From contig NC_058369.1 in the NCBI RefSeq assembly GCF_018350175.1, positions 3,722,001 to 3,786,000 of the forward strand: DNA of 64,000 bases, given 5' to 3'. Shown piece after piece: positions 24,581-37,010 of this stretch. A program made the position numbers and the translations under genes. The DNA is from Felis catus. Its lineage: Eukaryota. How positions within the stretch are numbered: position 1 is the stretch's first letter; every line of letters begins with the position of its first letter. Under the pieces are notes generated by a model, which did no database searches, was not told where the DNA came from, and worked only from the letters and a program-made list of their open reading frames with translations.

Positions 24581-27500
24581 CCCCACCCTTCCGCACTGGC
24601 TGCCGCTTCCCGCCGTGGAAATTTCCCAGGTTCTTTCATCCTTTTTATGGACTCCCGGACCCCGGCCCTGAGCGCCCCAGAGGCCCCCTGGGACCAGCAG
24701 CAGGAGGAGAGCGAGGACTGCGGGGTGGGCAGTGGGAATGCTCAGCCCCCCAGCAGACGCCTGGGTTTTGGTCCGGGGCTACTAGAGAGAGGGATCGGAA
24801 AGGGAGAAAAAAGCCCTTAAAGCCCAGAACAAGACCAATAAAAGGAGCCACTGCTGAGTCCTGGCACGAGCCGGCCAGAGGCAGGTTGAGCGCTGAGCCG
24901 TGGCCCTGCCTGAGGATGGGGTGGCCTTGCCTGACGTGGGGCGAAGCGTGGGGTGGGCAGCGCGGGTCACAGGGCGGTTGACTTGGGAAGTGGCCGGGGG
25001 AGCCCGGGGAGGCGGCTGGGCCGGGCCACTCTCGAGAGGCGGGGGCTGGCTTCGAGGGAGACGAGGGGGCTCCGCGAGCTGTCGGTGGGTGGGAGCCGGC
25101 CCTGGAACATGGAGGGTAGCAGCCCCCGGCCGATGGGCAGCTGACAGGCAGGACTGACGGACACCCGGCCCTGCACGCTCGCCCCCTGTCTCTAGCGGCT
25201 TGGTGTTCTCCAGGCCACAGCCCAGCATTCCATCCCCTGCTGTCCACCCCCCCAGCCCCTCCCCGCCCCGTTGCCACCCCTTCGCCACAACCCAGTCCTG
25301 ACAGCCCTAGGCAGCAGTCGGCGAGGCAGGCATTGGGCACAGCAGGAGTTTATCTCAGGGAAAGAATGTTCCAGAAGGCAGCTTGACCTTGGTCTTGGTC
25401 CTGGTCCTGAAGGGGGATAGATTGCACGTGGAGGTCCCTCGTGCTGACTAGGCGTGGCTGGCGGGCCGTGTGGGAGCCGGCTCCCGCGCCCCGTCCTCTG
25501 CCAAGCTCCCTGCTCCCCCAGCCGGGGCAGCTCTGCTCAGTCACCATGCTGGCAGCCTTCCCGCCCTCCCCCCAAGACCAGGGTGCCGGCCCCAGATGCC
25601 GGCAGGGCGCCCCACACTCATACCAGCTACGTCTGCCGGTGCATCTCCCCGCCAGATGGGGGACCCCGTGAGGGCAGGGCCCTCTGTCTCCTCTGGGTCC
25701 CTAGCCCCCCAGCCGGAGCCTGGCACAGAGAAGGGGCTCGGTGTTGGGGCCACGGTGGCCCCTTAGCCTCTTGGGAGTGCGGCGCGGCCCCCATGGGAAC
25801 CGGTCTTCCCGGCGAGATTCCTCTAGGCCACCCCAGACACCAGCCCGCCGGGGGGTGGGCGCCGTGCCTCTGGTCCCCGGGCTGGTGGTCACGGAGCCCA
25901 TCGGCCCCCAGGAGGGCGGCGCCCCTGCCCGGAGCACGAGGGTGGTGGGGAGTGGGGGGCGGGGGCTGCTCCCTGGCACGTGGCTCCCAAGCACCTGTCT
26001 CCCTGATTGAGCCGCCCCGCTCGCGTCAGCAGCAGCTTAATTGCAACCGTTTCTGAGTATTCCGGTGGCATCTCTTGTAAGTGTCGCCGTCCTCAGGTTT
26101 ACGGCGTCTTACGAGGCCTTTCTGGGTCTGTTGCTACTTCGGTAGTGATTTGTGTGTCACAGCGGCGGGAACAGCCTGGTGTCGGTAAAAGCACGGAATT
26201 GCTTCAAGAGGCCGGCGTTAGGTAGTGCCGGCAGGCAGAGGGCTGAGAACATCCGCCGCGTTCGAGTGCTTCAAAACCCCTTTTGAGATGGGATTTAAAT
26301 AGACCCGGCACTTTCAACCCCCTCCCGCCCGCCGGCCTCCCCGGGGCCCGGTCAGTCAGTGAGGCCAGGAGGGGTGGGCACGAGCCCGCGGGGGACGGCT
26401 GGGCCATTCGGCCCCGATTCGGGTGGCGCGGCCCGTGCCCGGGGGGTGGGGCGGCCCGGGGTGCTCGGTGTCCAGAGAGGGGAGCCGGACGCCTGCCCTG
26501 GACCCGGGCTTCCCGGAGCCCCTGGTGGCCGTTTAGCTGGAGGTGACGTCCCACGGCCTGTCCCGGGGCCCCTGCACCAGATGGGCCCCCGCAGCCATTC
26601 CCCGAATGATCTGGCCCCTGTGGGTCCCGAGGCTCATCGGCTTGCGGGAGGGGCCCTGTGATACACCCAGCTGGCCCGTTTCTGTTTCGCAGATGCAGGC
26701 CCGCGCAGGGCACAGCGTTTCCGACAGCACTGCCTCCCGCCGCTCCCCTGCGCCCGTGGGGCGGGGGGGGGGGGGGGGGGGGAGAGTAGGTGGAGGATGT
26801 GCCTCCCAGAGGCCTACTCAGGGCCCCTGGGCGGGGACAGCTAGCGTTGGCCCCAGTGTTTGGGCCCCGACCGTGGCCTTCAGGCCCGTGACTCAGCAGC
26901 CTCCCCCGAGCGCGCGGGGCGCTGCCGCAGTTTCCCAGCTGCTTCCCCAGCGCCTCCCTCCTGCTCTCTTTGCCTGGGATGCGGTCTTTCGGGTCGTCCT
27001 GACGCGCCCCGGCGGGGAGCACGCGTCCTCAGAGCCGCACGCGTGTCGCCTTCACGCACGTCTGCACACGCACGTGCTGTGCGCACACGCGTTCTCTCGT
27101 GCACGTGTACGTGCGCCCGTGCGGCCTCCCTGCCCCGGGGCTGGGGAGAGGGTCCCTCGGATTGTGCTCCCGCAAAGGGCACGGAGCCCGCTGGCTCGTG
27201 CACGGCCCCGGGGGCAACGAGTGGATCCTTCTAAGTAGCGTGTGGGGAGGGGGGGGGCGGGGCCAGAACTCCACTTCTTCTCTGACCTTCCAGAAGCCCG
27301 AGTGAGCGGGGCACCGGCGCGCTGAGAATGTTTCCTGTTGAGCAGCTGCCCCTAGAGTTTTCCTCTGGGATTTTCCCTCAGGGAGATTTCTCAGGAGAGG
27401 GACTGGGCAGCTCTCCTTCTGCCACGGGGAAGCTCGGGTCCCAGCGGGCACGGCTGTGGCTGCCCGCGTGCGCGTTCGTGCGTGAGTGTGGGCACGTGTG

Positions 27501-29379
27501 TGCATTTGAGGACACGTGCTCCCTGCACGAGGGGGCACAAGGGGGGGAGGGCATTGTGGGCGCGGGTGCGGGTCGGCTTCCACGTTACCTGCTCTGTGGC
27601 TGCAGCTTGGGTGAGAGGCCGGGCGGAGGTGCGGGGTCCCAGGTTGGTGGCTCTGTGGCCCAGGGAGGCGGGGCAAGGCTCTTGGGGGAAGGGCGCCGCT
27701 GGGCTGCTCCCTTGCCCTCTGGCTGTGTGCCTCCCTGCCTCCCTCCCGGCTGTCCCCGGACCTGGCTGCAGGTGGCGCTGCTGGACCACGGTGCCCGGCC
27801 AGTGTGCCCCCTGCCTGGTCCCCAGGGAGCGGGACTGGGAAGTTGGGGGCGTGGGGTGGTTGATGGAGCCTCAGGAAGCTGCCGTGGGCAGCAGTGGCCG
27901 GTGGTGGAGAGTGCTGGCCCCTGGGGGGGCGGGGGGGCGCCTGGAGGGGCCTTAGAGACTTCATGGCTTCTGAGAGCCTGGCTCAGTGGGGACCGGGGGT
28001 CCCCGTTCCCTGACTCGGGCGCAGCCCTCATCCGGCAACAGGAGTAACTCCTCCCAGCCGCCTGGCTCTGGCCCGCGAGAGGCTCCGTGGTGGCAGGGAG
28101 GGCTCGGCCTGCCGCCAACGTGGATGGAAATTGGTAGGAGCCTGACGGCTTCGCAGATTGGTTTTAATAACTCCGCTTCCCGACGCTGTGTCCTGTCACC
28201 CGGACGCGTAGCAGAAGTGAAATAGATGCTCTCCGTCCCCCCTCCCTCACCCGGGGCCAAACCCCCATTTGGGCATCTGGGGACGTAGCCCCTCCCCCCT
28301 CCCCCCACGGGCAGCTAGGTGTGACGCGGTGCAGGGCAGGGGGAGGGGGGGCTGGATGGAAAAGAGCCACCAGGATGCCGGAAGGAAGGCAGCTCTGTCT
28401 GTGCCTTGTTAGCAGCTGGGGAGCCCGCCAGGCTCCTCTTTCCCTAGCCCCGGGTCCCGCGTGTGTGAGAGTGACAGAAACAGGCACGGAAGGAGGGTTT
28501 TAGGGCAGGAAGGTCCCCGGAGAGCAGATCCCCACCGAGGCTGGAGGCGTCAGAGCCCCGTTGATGAAAAGGTAATAGACGAGGTGGCGGGCGGGTCCCT
28601 GAGCGCGTCAGCATGCCGGGGTGGGGAGCGGCTACCCCCCCAGCATGCCTAAATCTGATGCAGCGCGGCCCGGGTCTGCAGCCGGAGTCCGTCCGTGGCC
28701 CACACGGCCTTGCCCCAAACAGGCCACTGGGGAAGTTTCACGACGGGGCCCCCTTCTGCCAGAACGTGGCTGCTGTCCCAGGTGGCCGAGTGAGGCCCCG
28801 AGAGTGCTGAGTGGGACCAACTGAGGCCCGTCTTCCCGGCCCGTGGGTTCTGGGTCAGAACCTCTGCTGCCTCTCACGGGGCTTGCCGCGGCCCTCGGCT
28901 TCCCTGTTGGAGGCACGGGGCCTTGGGCAGGCGGGGAGAGCCTTCTTGGTCCCCCTTCTGGAAGCTCCTCCTTGAATGGTGACCACGACCAGGGCAACGG
29001 CACTGATCGCCCTTCGTTCCGTTTGTGCCTGAGCCGTGTGCCCTCTGTGTCCTTGCACGATGCATGCGTGTGTGGTCGGCTTCAGAGCTGAAAGTCCTGC
29101 CTCCCGGACCCCCCCCCCCCCGAGTGGGCAGCCTGCCGTGTCCGGTCACCCTAGGGCGTGCAGATGTGTGTGCGTGTGGCCGGAGGACCTGGCGCCCCAG
29201 GAGGTCACTAAGGGCCACCTCACCCACAGCCACGGGGAGGGGGGTCTCGGCTGGAGCCTGGCATCAGGCCGCCGGCATGGCGTTGGGACCGGTGGTTTGG
29301 CCCCATGACCAGGAGGGCCTGTGCGAGGGAGAGCTTGTGGGAGGAGAGCCGTGTTAGGCCCCGCCTGGGTCCCCGCCCC

Positions 29380-30170
29380 GGCTTTAGGGAGCCCTCGGCC
29401 CAGCTCGGTCAGAACCACGCTTTCGTCCGACGCCGCCGGCCCAGGCTTTCTGTTCGCCCGGGTGTGCGGCGAACCTAAAACGAGAGCTGATCTCGGCGTC
29501 GGCACGTTGACCCCTGAGGCCGCGGAGAGCCGTGCGTCTCAAGCCGGGGCGCCGGGTGGCGTCAGGCTGCGAGGACAGGAGCCCGCTGTTGACGACCACA
29601 GCGAGTACCGGGGGCGCTTCGGGAGGAGTTTGCCCGGCGTGGCGCAGCGCACTGCGACTCCCACGGCGCAGCGTTTGTCCGACTCGCTTCCTCCTCGCAG
29701 CCTCACTCGCCCTGAAGCCTCACGGCCTGTCGCGGCTCCGGCAGCACCTGACAGCGTGTCGCTCGGGCTGGACCAGGGGCCGCGGGAGGCCCGGCGCGTT
29801 TCGGGGCGCCCTCCCTGGGGCTGCGCTCGGCCTTCGGCGGGACCCACGCCCGCGGCCCGGCCCCTGCGTCTCGCGGCCCGCCGGCGGGGACGGGCACAGT
29901 CGGCGTTGCGCAGGGATCGCGCGGCGATTTTAACGTCGCGCGAAGCAGAGGAGGGTCGGCCTTCCGCGAAGGAAAAATCTCGCCACACGCTCTCCTCGAA
30001 AAGCCGGTGAGAGCCAGCGGGGGCTCTGCCGGTTCCGCGGACGGCCTGACGCATCGCCGCGAGCCCCTGGGCAGCGGGCGACGTTGCGGAATGGGGCCCC
30101 TGGTGGGGGCGGCGGGAGGCCCCGTGTCGGAGCCCCCGCCCCTGGGCGAACGTGCCACTGCGGGGCGCTC
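29380..30170. promoter_or_regulatory. Intragenic CpG-dense segment (intron 6)
   Basis: Visibly higher CpG density than flanks (gatcgcgcggcga, acgtcgcgcgaa, cgcggcccggc); ratio not computed. Confidence 0.5.
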
Positions 30171-30199
30171 TCTGCCTGTTTTCCTCTTTCGGCGGCATA

Positions 30200-30765
30200 T
30201 TTTGTTAGAAAAAGACCAGCTTTTAGAACCGTTCCGGTTTTATGGAGACACCGAGGAGAAAGTCCAAGCGCTCCCCCCGCCCCGCGCTGTTCCCCCGCTG
30301 GGACCTCCCGTCAGGCTGGAGCATTGGTCACGGTTAATGGACCAACGTTGATCCGTTCTTCATAAGTAAAGCCCACGCTTAGGTCCTAAGCGTCCCAGGC
30401 GCCCACGTGACGTGGACTCGGCCCGTCTCCTTGGGCTCCTCTGGGCTGTGGAGGCTTCTCCGACTTCCCTCGGTTTTGGTGCCCTGTGACAGTTTCGAGG
30501 AGGCCCCGGGCAGGGTTTTCTAGAAGGCCCTTCCTTGGGTGTGTCTGCGGCTTTTCTCGTAGTGAGACTGGGGCGATGGGTTTAGGGAGGAGGACCCCCC
30601 GAGTGAAGCGCCCTCCCCCTGACACCACCCCGGGGGTGCGCGCTGTCACCGCGGTGTTGGCCTTGGTCCCCTGGCTGAGGTGGGCTGTCCAGTGTCTCCG
30701 GTGTAAGTGCCCTCCCTTCCCTGTTCCCATGATGTCCTATCTGAAGTGTACTCTTGGAAGGAAGA
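30200..30765 (-). mobile_element. Old L1MC-like 3' fragment
   Basis: gcattggtcacggttaatggaccaacgttgat and ccttggtcccctggctgaggtg ... tgtactcttggaaggaag. Confidence 0.55.
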
Positions 30766-30820
30766 AGGAAGGAGGGACGCAGGGAGGGAGGAAGTTTCCA
30801 ATATCGGAAAAGGGAATGAG

Positions 30821-31050
30821 GGGGCGCCTGGGTGGCTCAGTTGGTTGGGCGGCAGACTTCAGCTCGGGTCGTGATCTTGCCGCCAGTGAGTTCGAGCCCC
30901 GTGTCAGGCTCTGTGCTGACGGCTCGGAGCCTGGAGCTGCTTGGGATTCTGTGTCTCCCTCTCTCTCTGATCCTCCCCTGCCCACGCTCTGTCTCCCTCT
31001 GTCTCTAAGAAATAAATAAACGTTAAAAACAATTAAAAAAAAAAAAAAAA
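30821..31050 (+). mobile_element. Can-SINE
   Basis: ggggcgcctgggtggctcagttgg ... aataaataaacgtt, long A tail; TSD aaaagggaa(t)gag. Confidence 0.93.
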
Positions 31051-31579
31051 GGGAAGAGTGAGCGGAACAGCCTCGTGCCCCGTGCACGCAGTGGACGGAC
31101 GTGAGCATCTTGGCACACTCCTGTCGGGGGGTTTTCATCTCTCTTTTCCCTCCTTCCCTCAAGTCGAGGTGGCTTTGGTTTTCTGTTGCTGCACGAGTGG
31201 GCTCATGGCCTGCACTGATTTGCTCACGGTTCTGTAGGTTCTGTGGGCCAGCTGGGTCCTTGGTTCAAGGTCACAGAGGCTGGAGTCCTAGCTCTGGGCT
31301 GTCGGCATCTAGAGGTCACTCAGAACTTGCCATGTGTCCCCCCCCAACCCCCGGCCCCCATCTTCAGGCTAGCATGGGATCCTCTCCTGAAGAAGGGCCC
31401 TGCCCCTTGTGAGGGCTCACCTGCTTAGGTCAGGCCCACCCAAGGTAATCTCCCTGTTTTAGGGTGTCCTGATGTGGGACCTTAATTAGAACAGCAAAAA
31501 TCTGGCACACAAGGACCAAAGGCAATTCATTGCAAGCAGGGGCCAGAAGACTTAGGGGCATCTGAGAACCGCGTCTGCT

Positions 31580-32140
31580 ATAAAGAATTTGTTGTGAGAT
31601 ATAATGCGGTACAAAAGCGTGCAAAATGTGTATGCGACCCGAAGATGCGTATTTACGTGCTGTGTACCGAATGACTGTGCGGCCTGCCCCTGTGTAACCT
31701 CCCCCCCGCTGCCCACCCCCTACCCCACCCTTTGCAGCCCCCTCCCCATCCAGAGCGGATGACTGCCCTCAGGACCGTCCTCCTCCCGACCTGGCGGATC
31801 CTTTCCCTATGTGTGTCTGTGGCCCCGGGCAGCGTGCCGGGTGTTGGCTGGATTTGAACTCCACACAGATGGACCTATTTGTCCTTGTGTTTGTGCTCGG
31901 GGTTTGTGGGGAAGACACCCCCGTTACGTGAACCGGTGGCTTATTCGTTTTTATCTGCTGTGGGACTCCGCCTCCACCTGTCTGTCCGTCCATCGGTTCG
32001 CTGTCGACGGGCGTTGGGGCTGTTTCCGCCCTGGCCAGCTGCACCCGCCGCGTTAGTGTTGTTACCTGATGCCTGGGCACGGTGTCCGTGACTGCACACG
32101 AGGACGTCCTGGGTGCATCCCGACAGCAGCGGCCGTGGGC
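31580..32140 (-). mobile_element. Old L1M(E)-like fragment
   Basis: gttgtgagatataat ... tgtccgtccatcggttcgctgtcgacgggcgttggggctgtttcc. Confidence 0.5.
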
Positions 32141-35100
32141 GATGCTTCCCGTGTGCCAGGCTGCGCTCCGAGAGCCTGCCCGTCTCGCTGCAGCCCTGAG
32201 CTGCCCTCCTCGCGGGTGAGGCCCAGGCTGGCCGGGCCCCAGCTCAGGGCCGCGGAGCTCCCAGATGGAGGGGCTGTGGTCGAGCCCCCTTTCCTCACCG
32301 CTGCTCCCCTCGCCCCTCAGAGCGTCTCCCTGAGAATCGGGAGGGGTGGCGGGTTCTGGGAGCAGGTGGCCGGGCGGTCGCTCGGCCTTGGGGACGGGGT
32401 GTGTCCCGGGTGGCGAAGGTGGCCTGGACCTGAAGGTGTGGGAGGGGAAGGACTCTGACGGAGTCCCCAGCACTGTCACTGAATCCACCTGAGCCGAAGC
32501 GGAACCTGTCAGGTTCCCGTGGGAGACGGAGACAGGATGGCGGGGACGCAGGCTGGCCGACGCGTGGCTTCCGCAGAGGTCACGCAGCTGTCCGGGTGGG
32601 CTGTGAGGGTGTGGGGGGTGTATTCCAGAAACGTCGATGGGTGGCCACAGGATGCACGGCTTCTCCCGTCTCACTGGCTGGCGCCTGGTCACGTGGCTGC
32701 ATTTTCGGCTGGGAAGCCTGAGAAACATCGTTCAGGTCCCTGTCCGGTGGGGAAGGGGGGGGGGTGGTCTGGGGGAGGACGGCGGGGAAGGGAGAGGGCT
32801 AGATGAGTCAGTTCACGTCCTCACCGAGTGCCCGCGCTGGGTCCAGCATGAACCCGGGATCGACGCCACCCGTCAGGACAGGAGCTGATGGCGTGGCCCC
32901 ATGCCCCCAGAGCAGGGCCAGGCGCGGTGGTAGCAGGAAGTCCGCATGACTGAGGGCTGAGGCCCGTAGGAAGAGACGCAGCCCGGCAGCCCGTGGAGAG
33001 GGCCCCGCTGGAGGGCGGGCGGGCGGCCGGGCGGCCGGGCCAGGGGCGTGGGGCTCGAGGGCAGGCGGGCGAGAGGGTTCGTCCGGGCAGCCACATCCCA
33101 GCAAGGTTCCTCTGGCCCAGAGGATGCATCAGCTGGGGGGCAGGCCCAGGCCGCGACGTGGGGGCTTTGGGCCGGCAGGTGTCCCCACTGGGTGTCCCCG
33201 TCTTCTGTCTGCCGGCCGCTCGAGGGCCCAGACGTCGCTGGCCTGTCCCACGTCCCCACTGGCTTGGTCTGGCAGGAGCAGATGGGCCTTCACTCACTTC
33301 AGAGTCTTTTGTTCAGAGTCGCAAACAGCAGCGGCCGGCTTGTGTTGAGGGAGGCGGGGTTTGTGGCGTAGGCGGCCCGAGTTCCGGCTCCCGGGCCGGA
33401 GCGCCAGGTGAGTCCCCTCTCTGCCCACCACTCCAGGAAACCGTCGGTTCTTCTCTTCAAACTGTCGTCGCTGAGCGCCGCCCACCGCGCGGTGTTCGGA
33501 TCAGGAGCCCACTGAGCCTGTGACTGTGGGCGGGGTCCCGTCCCCCACCGGGGCGGGAGGGGGGACGCCTTCCTGGCCAGGATTCGCTTTCCCCGCCTGT
33601 TAGCTAGACGAGCCATCAGGGATTCGGGGTCTGCACACGGGGGCTGGTTTCCAGGGCAAATTTCTGTCGTGCCAGCAGGGTTGCAGTGGGCGATTTCAGC
33701 TCCTCTGAAAGGGAGAGTCCTGCAGATCTGCGGGCAAGGAGAGAGAGAGTCTTTGTCAACTTTGCTCAAAACTCCGGCTAGGAGCGCGCTCCCCCTTCCC
33801 GGCACGGCAGCAGGAGGTGGGGAGCTCAGGGCCCCCTGTGGCCCGTCCTGCGGTCACCAGGGGCCCCGCCGTCTGCGGGTGTGTGTTTGACGAAGGCACA
33901 CACGTCCAGGGCGTCGGAAATCACTTCGACAGACCTCAGCCTCCCCGCGTTGATGATGTCCCGGCTGCTCGCGGCCCGTGGAGAGAGCCAGACTCCCAGC
34001 CACCTTCCCAGGTCCGACCCAGCTTGTCGCCGCGTCCTGGGCTCGTGCCGGTACGGGGCCGGGGCGGCCGACATCGGCCTCATTCCCCTCGGCCGCGTCC
34101 CTCCGCGTCCTGTCCTTGTTCCCTCGCTTCAAACCGCCCGTGCGCAAACACCAGCACGTTGGGGGGCCTCCCCACTGCCGACGCGCCTCCGGCCAGAGGA
34201 GTTTGGGAGCCGTGGGTGTGGGTGCAGCGGGAGGCCACCTCCTGCTCGGCTCGCTTTACAAGCGGACGTTCAGAGCGGTGCTCCGAGGGGAAGCCGGGGG
34301 TGCTCTGCGTTGGCCCCGCGTCCCCACACCTCAGTCTCCCTTCTGGGCTCCACTCTCCGGCCTGCCGTTCAGAGCCTCACCTGAGAAGCCCCCCACCCCC
34401 TTAAAACATCAAAAACACGCACGTGCCTTGGCAGTTTCAGTCCCGTCATACGACAAAAATAATTCCCGGGCCTAAAACGAACCAGGGCTTGGGATCAGAT
34501 GCCTCCACTTCAGCATTTAACGGCAGGCTCGACACCACTCGCCTCGGAAGTCGGTTCCCTGGTTAACGCGGGCCGGCCGTGTGTGAGCCGGCCGGGGTCT
34601 CGGCTTCCCTGGCTCCCCCGGGGTGGGCTGGGAGCATCTGGGGGCCCACGGCCCCGGGAGAGGCCTCGGCGAGCCCTCCCGCCTGCAGCACACCCTTGTC
34701 TCCCGCATCGGCACCGCGGGCATCCCATCGGAGACGCCCTGTTTTCTCTGTCTCCTGCGTGCGTCTCAATAAAAACGTCATTATTTGAAATCCTTGACAC
34801 TGCTCGCGCCAGGTACCGAGTTCCATCGCCTTTTGTCCCGTAAAACGATCCATTAAAGATAAACCCACCGTGACTCAATGAGGTTCTTTCCTGGGAACAA
34901 GCCACCCTGGTCCTCTGCTGATCCTATCTCCCCGGCATGTGTTTGTGCTCGTCCTACAAAGGGGCTGCGGCGCCAGGACAAATGAGGGAGGCTGCCTCGC
35001 TGCCGAACGGGGCTCCTTGGAAGTCGAGATGGGACAGTTCCAGCCGCTCGCTCAGGGAGGGGCTGCGCAGTCCGGGCTGAGCTCCCTGGTGCAGCGGAGA

Positions 35101-35366
35101 CCAGCTGGGGCTGCACGGGAGCCCCCCCGGGCCTGGATTGCACGTGTACCCTTTCTGTCCTGGGGGTCCGGGACAGGGTCCTCGTGCCCCTCCGTCCCTG
35201 CGTCAGCCCCCTGCAACCAGTGTCCCCGTCCAGGTAGCCTGGGCCGCTACCAGGGCGTCTCCCTCCCATCCTAGCAGGCACGGGGACCCCAGGCTATCCG
35301 TCCCTAAAGGCCCTTTGCACGTCTTCCGCCTGTTTTAAGGGCAAGTCTGTCTGCCGAGTGCTTTTT

Positions 35367-35590
35367 TTTTTTTTTAATTTTTTAAAATATTTATTTATTT
35401 TTGAGAGACAGAGTGAGACAAAGTGAGACTGGGGGAGGGGCAGAGAGAGAGGGAGACACAGGATTGGAAGCAGGCTCCAGGCTCTGAGCTGTCAGCACAG
35501 AGCCCGACGCGGGGCTCAAACCCACAGACTGTGAGATCATGACCTGAGCCGAAGTCGGACGCTCAACCGACTGAGCCACCCAGGCGCCCC
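35367..35590 (-). mobile_element. Can-SINE
   Basis: TSD tgccgagtgcttttt at 35352-35366 and 35592-35606. Confidence 0.94.
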
Positions 35591-35667
35591 GTGCCGAGTG
35601 CTTTTTCTAACGTCTTTTATTTCTCTAGACTGATGTGTGGGGTGACCCCTGCCATCTGGAGTGACTA

Positions 35668-35902
35668 TTTTTTTTTTTAATTAATTAATTTATTTTGAGA
35701 GAAAGAGAGAGAGAGCGCGCGCGAGAGGGAGCGAGTGACCAGGGGAGGGGAGGAACAGACAGAGGGAGAGAGAGAATCCACGCAGGCTCCACGCTGTCGG
35801 CACAGAGCCCGACGTGGGGCTCGATCCCACGAACCGTGAGATCGTGACCTGAGCCGAAACCAGGAGTCGGACGCTTAGCTGACTGAGCCTCCCGGGTGCC
35901 TC
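35668..35902 (-). mobile_element. Can-SINE
   Basis: Poly-T, (GA)n, body; degenerate TSD tctgg(a/c)gtgact. Confidence 0.9.
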
Positions 35903-36439
35903 TGGCGTGACTGTCATTAATGCTGTTTTCACATTCCAACCATCACGATAAGGCCACCTTGCTCCCACCCGGCGTAGCGACCCCGCCACGCTTGTGTCGC
36001 GAAGTCAGTCGGTGCTGTCGGACCACAGAGTGGTCTCTTACCTCATTTACTGAGGGACTAGCTCGCAGGTGAGGGAGCATCCTGATGGGTGTTTGTGGCT
36101 CTCCTGCCCCGGACGGAGGCTGCGAGCGGTCCCATTACCCCGCAGCGCCAGCTTCGCAGAGATGCGCGTCGGCTCCCCTGGGTCAGACTCTGCGAGTCCG
36201 TCAGTGGTGAGCACTCACCTGGGTTTGCGTTCAGCCTCCTCCGTGGCGGGGGGGGGGGGGGGGAGCTCCTGCCTCGGGACCACAGACAAGGGGCAGGGTG
36301 TACCTGGTGGGTTTCACGACGCGCTGCGAATGCCTTTCTGGTGCGGACGACGGCTGGCTGTCCTCACGCTGAGCGTTCATTCTGCTCCCTGGCTGGACCG
36401 CCTCACTCCGTCGTTCACCAGCTGCTCTCCGCTCTCCCA

Positions 36440-37010
36440 GGGAGAAGACCGTGTTGTTTCAGAGAAAAGAGTTTGTCTCTTGCCTTCTGTTTACTGTGCT
36501 TGCGTCTTTCTCTTGACCTACGGCATCGGCTGGCGTCTGCTGTGGGAATGGACAGCTTGCCCTTTCCGGAATGCCTCTCCTGCCTCGTCGCGCACTGTGA
36601 CCATGGGGAGGTCCCTCTTAATCCTAGCTGGCTAAGAGCTTTCATACTGAATGCTTTGGAATTTTACGTAGATTTTTATTTGTTGGGTTGTTTTTGCAAG
36701 CCTTGGGGTAAAAGGTTAGTCTCTTAATACGCTTCTGTGTCTGATTTTCTAATACCTTACCTAGGACTTGGCAGCTATCTGACACCGGCCTGTCATTTTC
36801 CTGTGTGTCTCTGTCCTGTGTCGGTGACTGCATTCCCCATTCATTCTTTCTTTCGAAAACATGCTGGATTCATAGGAGGAGTTACGTGCCATCTGAACTT
36901 CCTGTTTGCTTGGTAACCGTAAGTGTAGGTGAGCACTGGCCCTTTAGTGTGGAAGTTTTGTGAGGCTCTCAGTAAAGCTGTCAGGGCCTGGTGCCTTTTC
37001 CAGAGGTGGT
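36440..37010 (-). mobile_element. Very old L1 ORF2-derived fragment
   Basis: gattttctaatacctt and cagtaaagctgtcagggcctggtgcctt resemble antisense L1M ORF2; heavily decayed. Confidence 0.4.
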
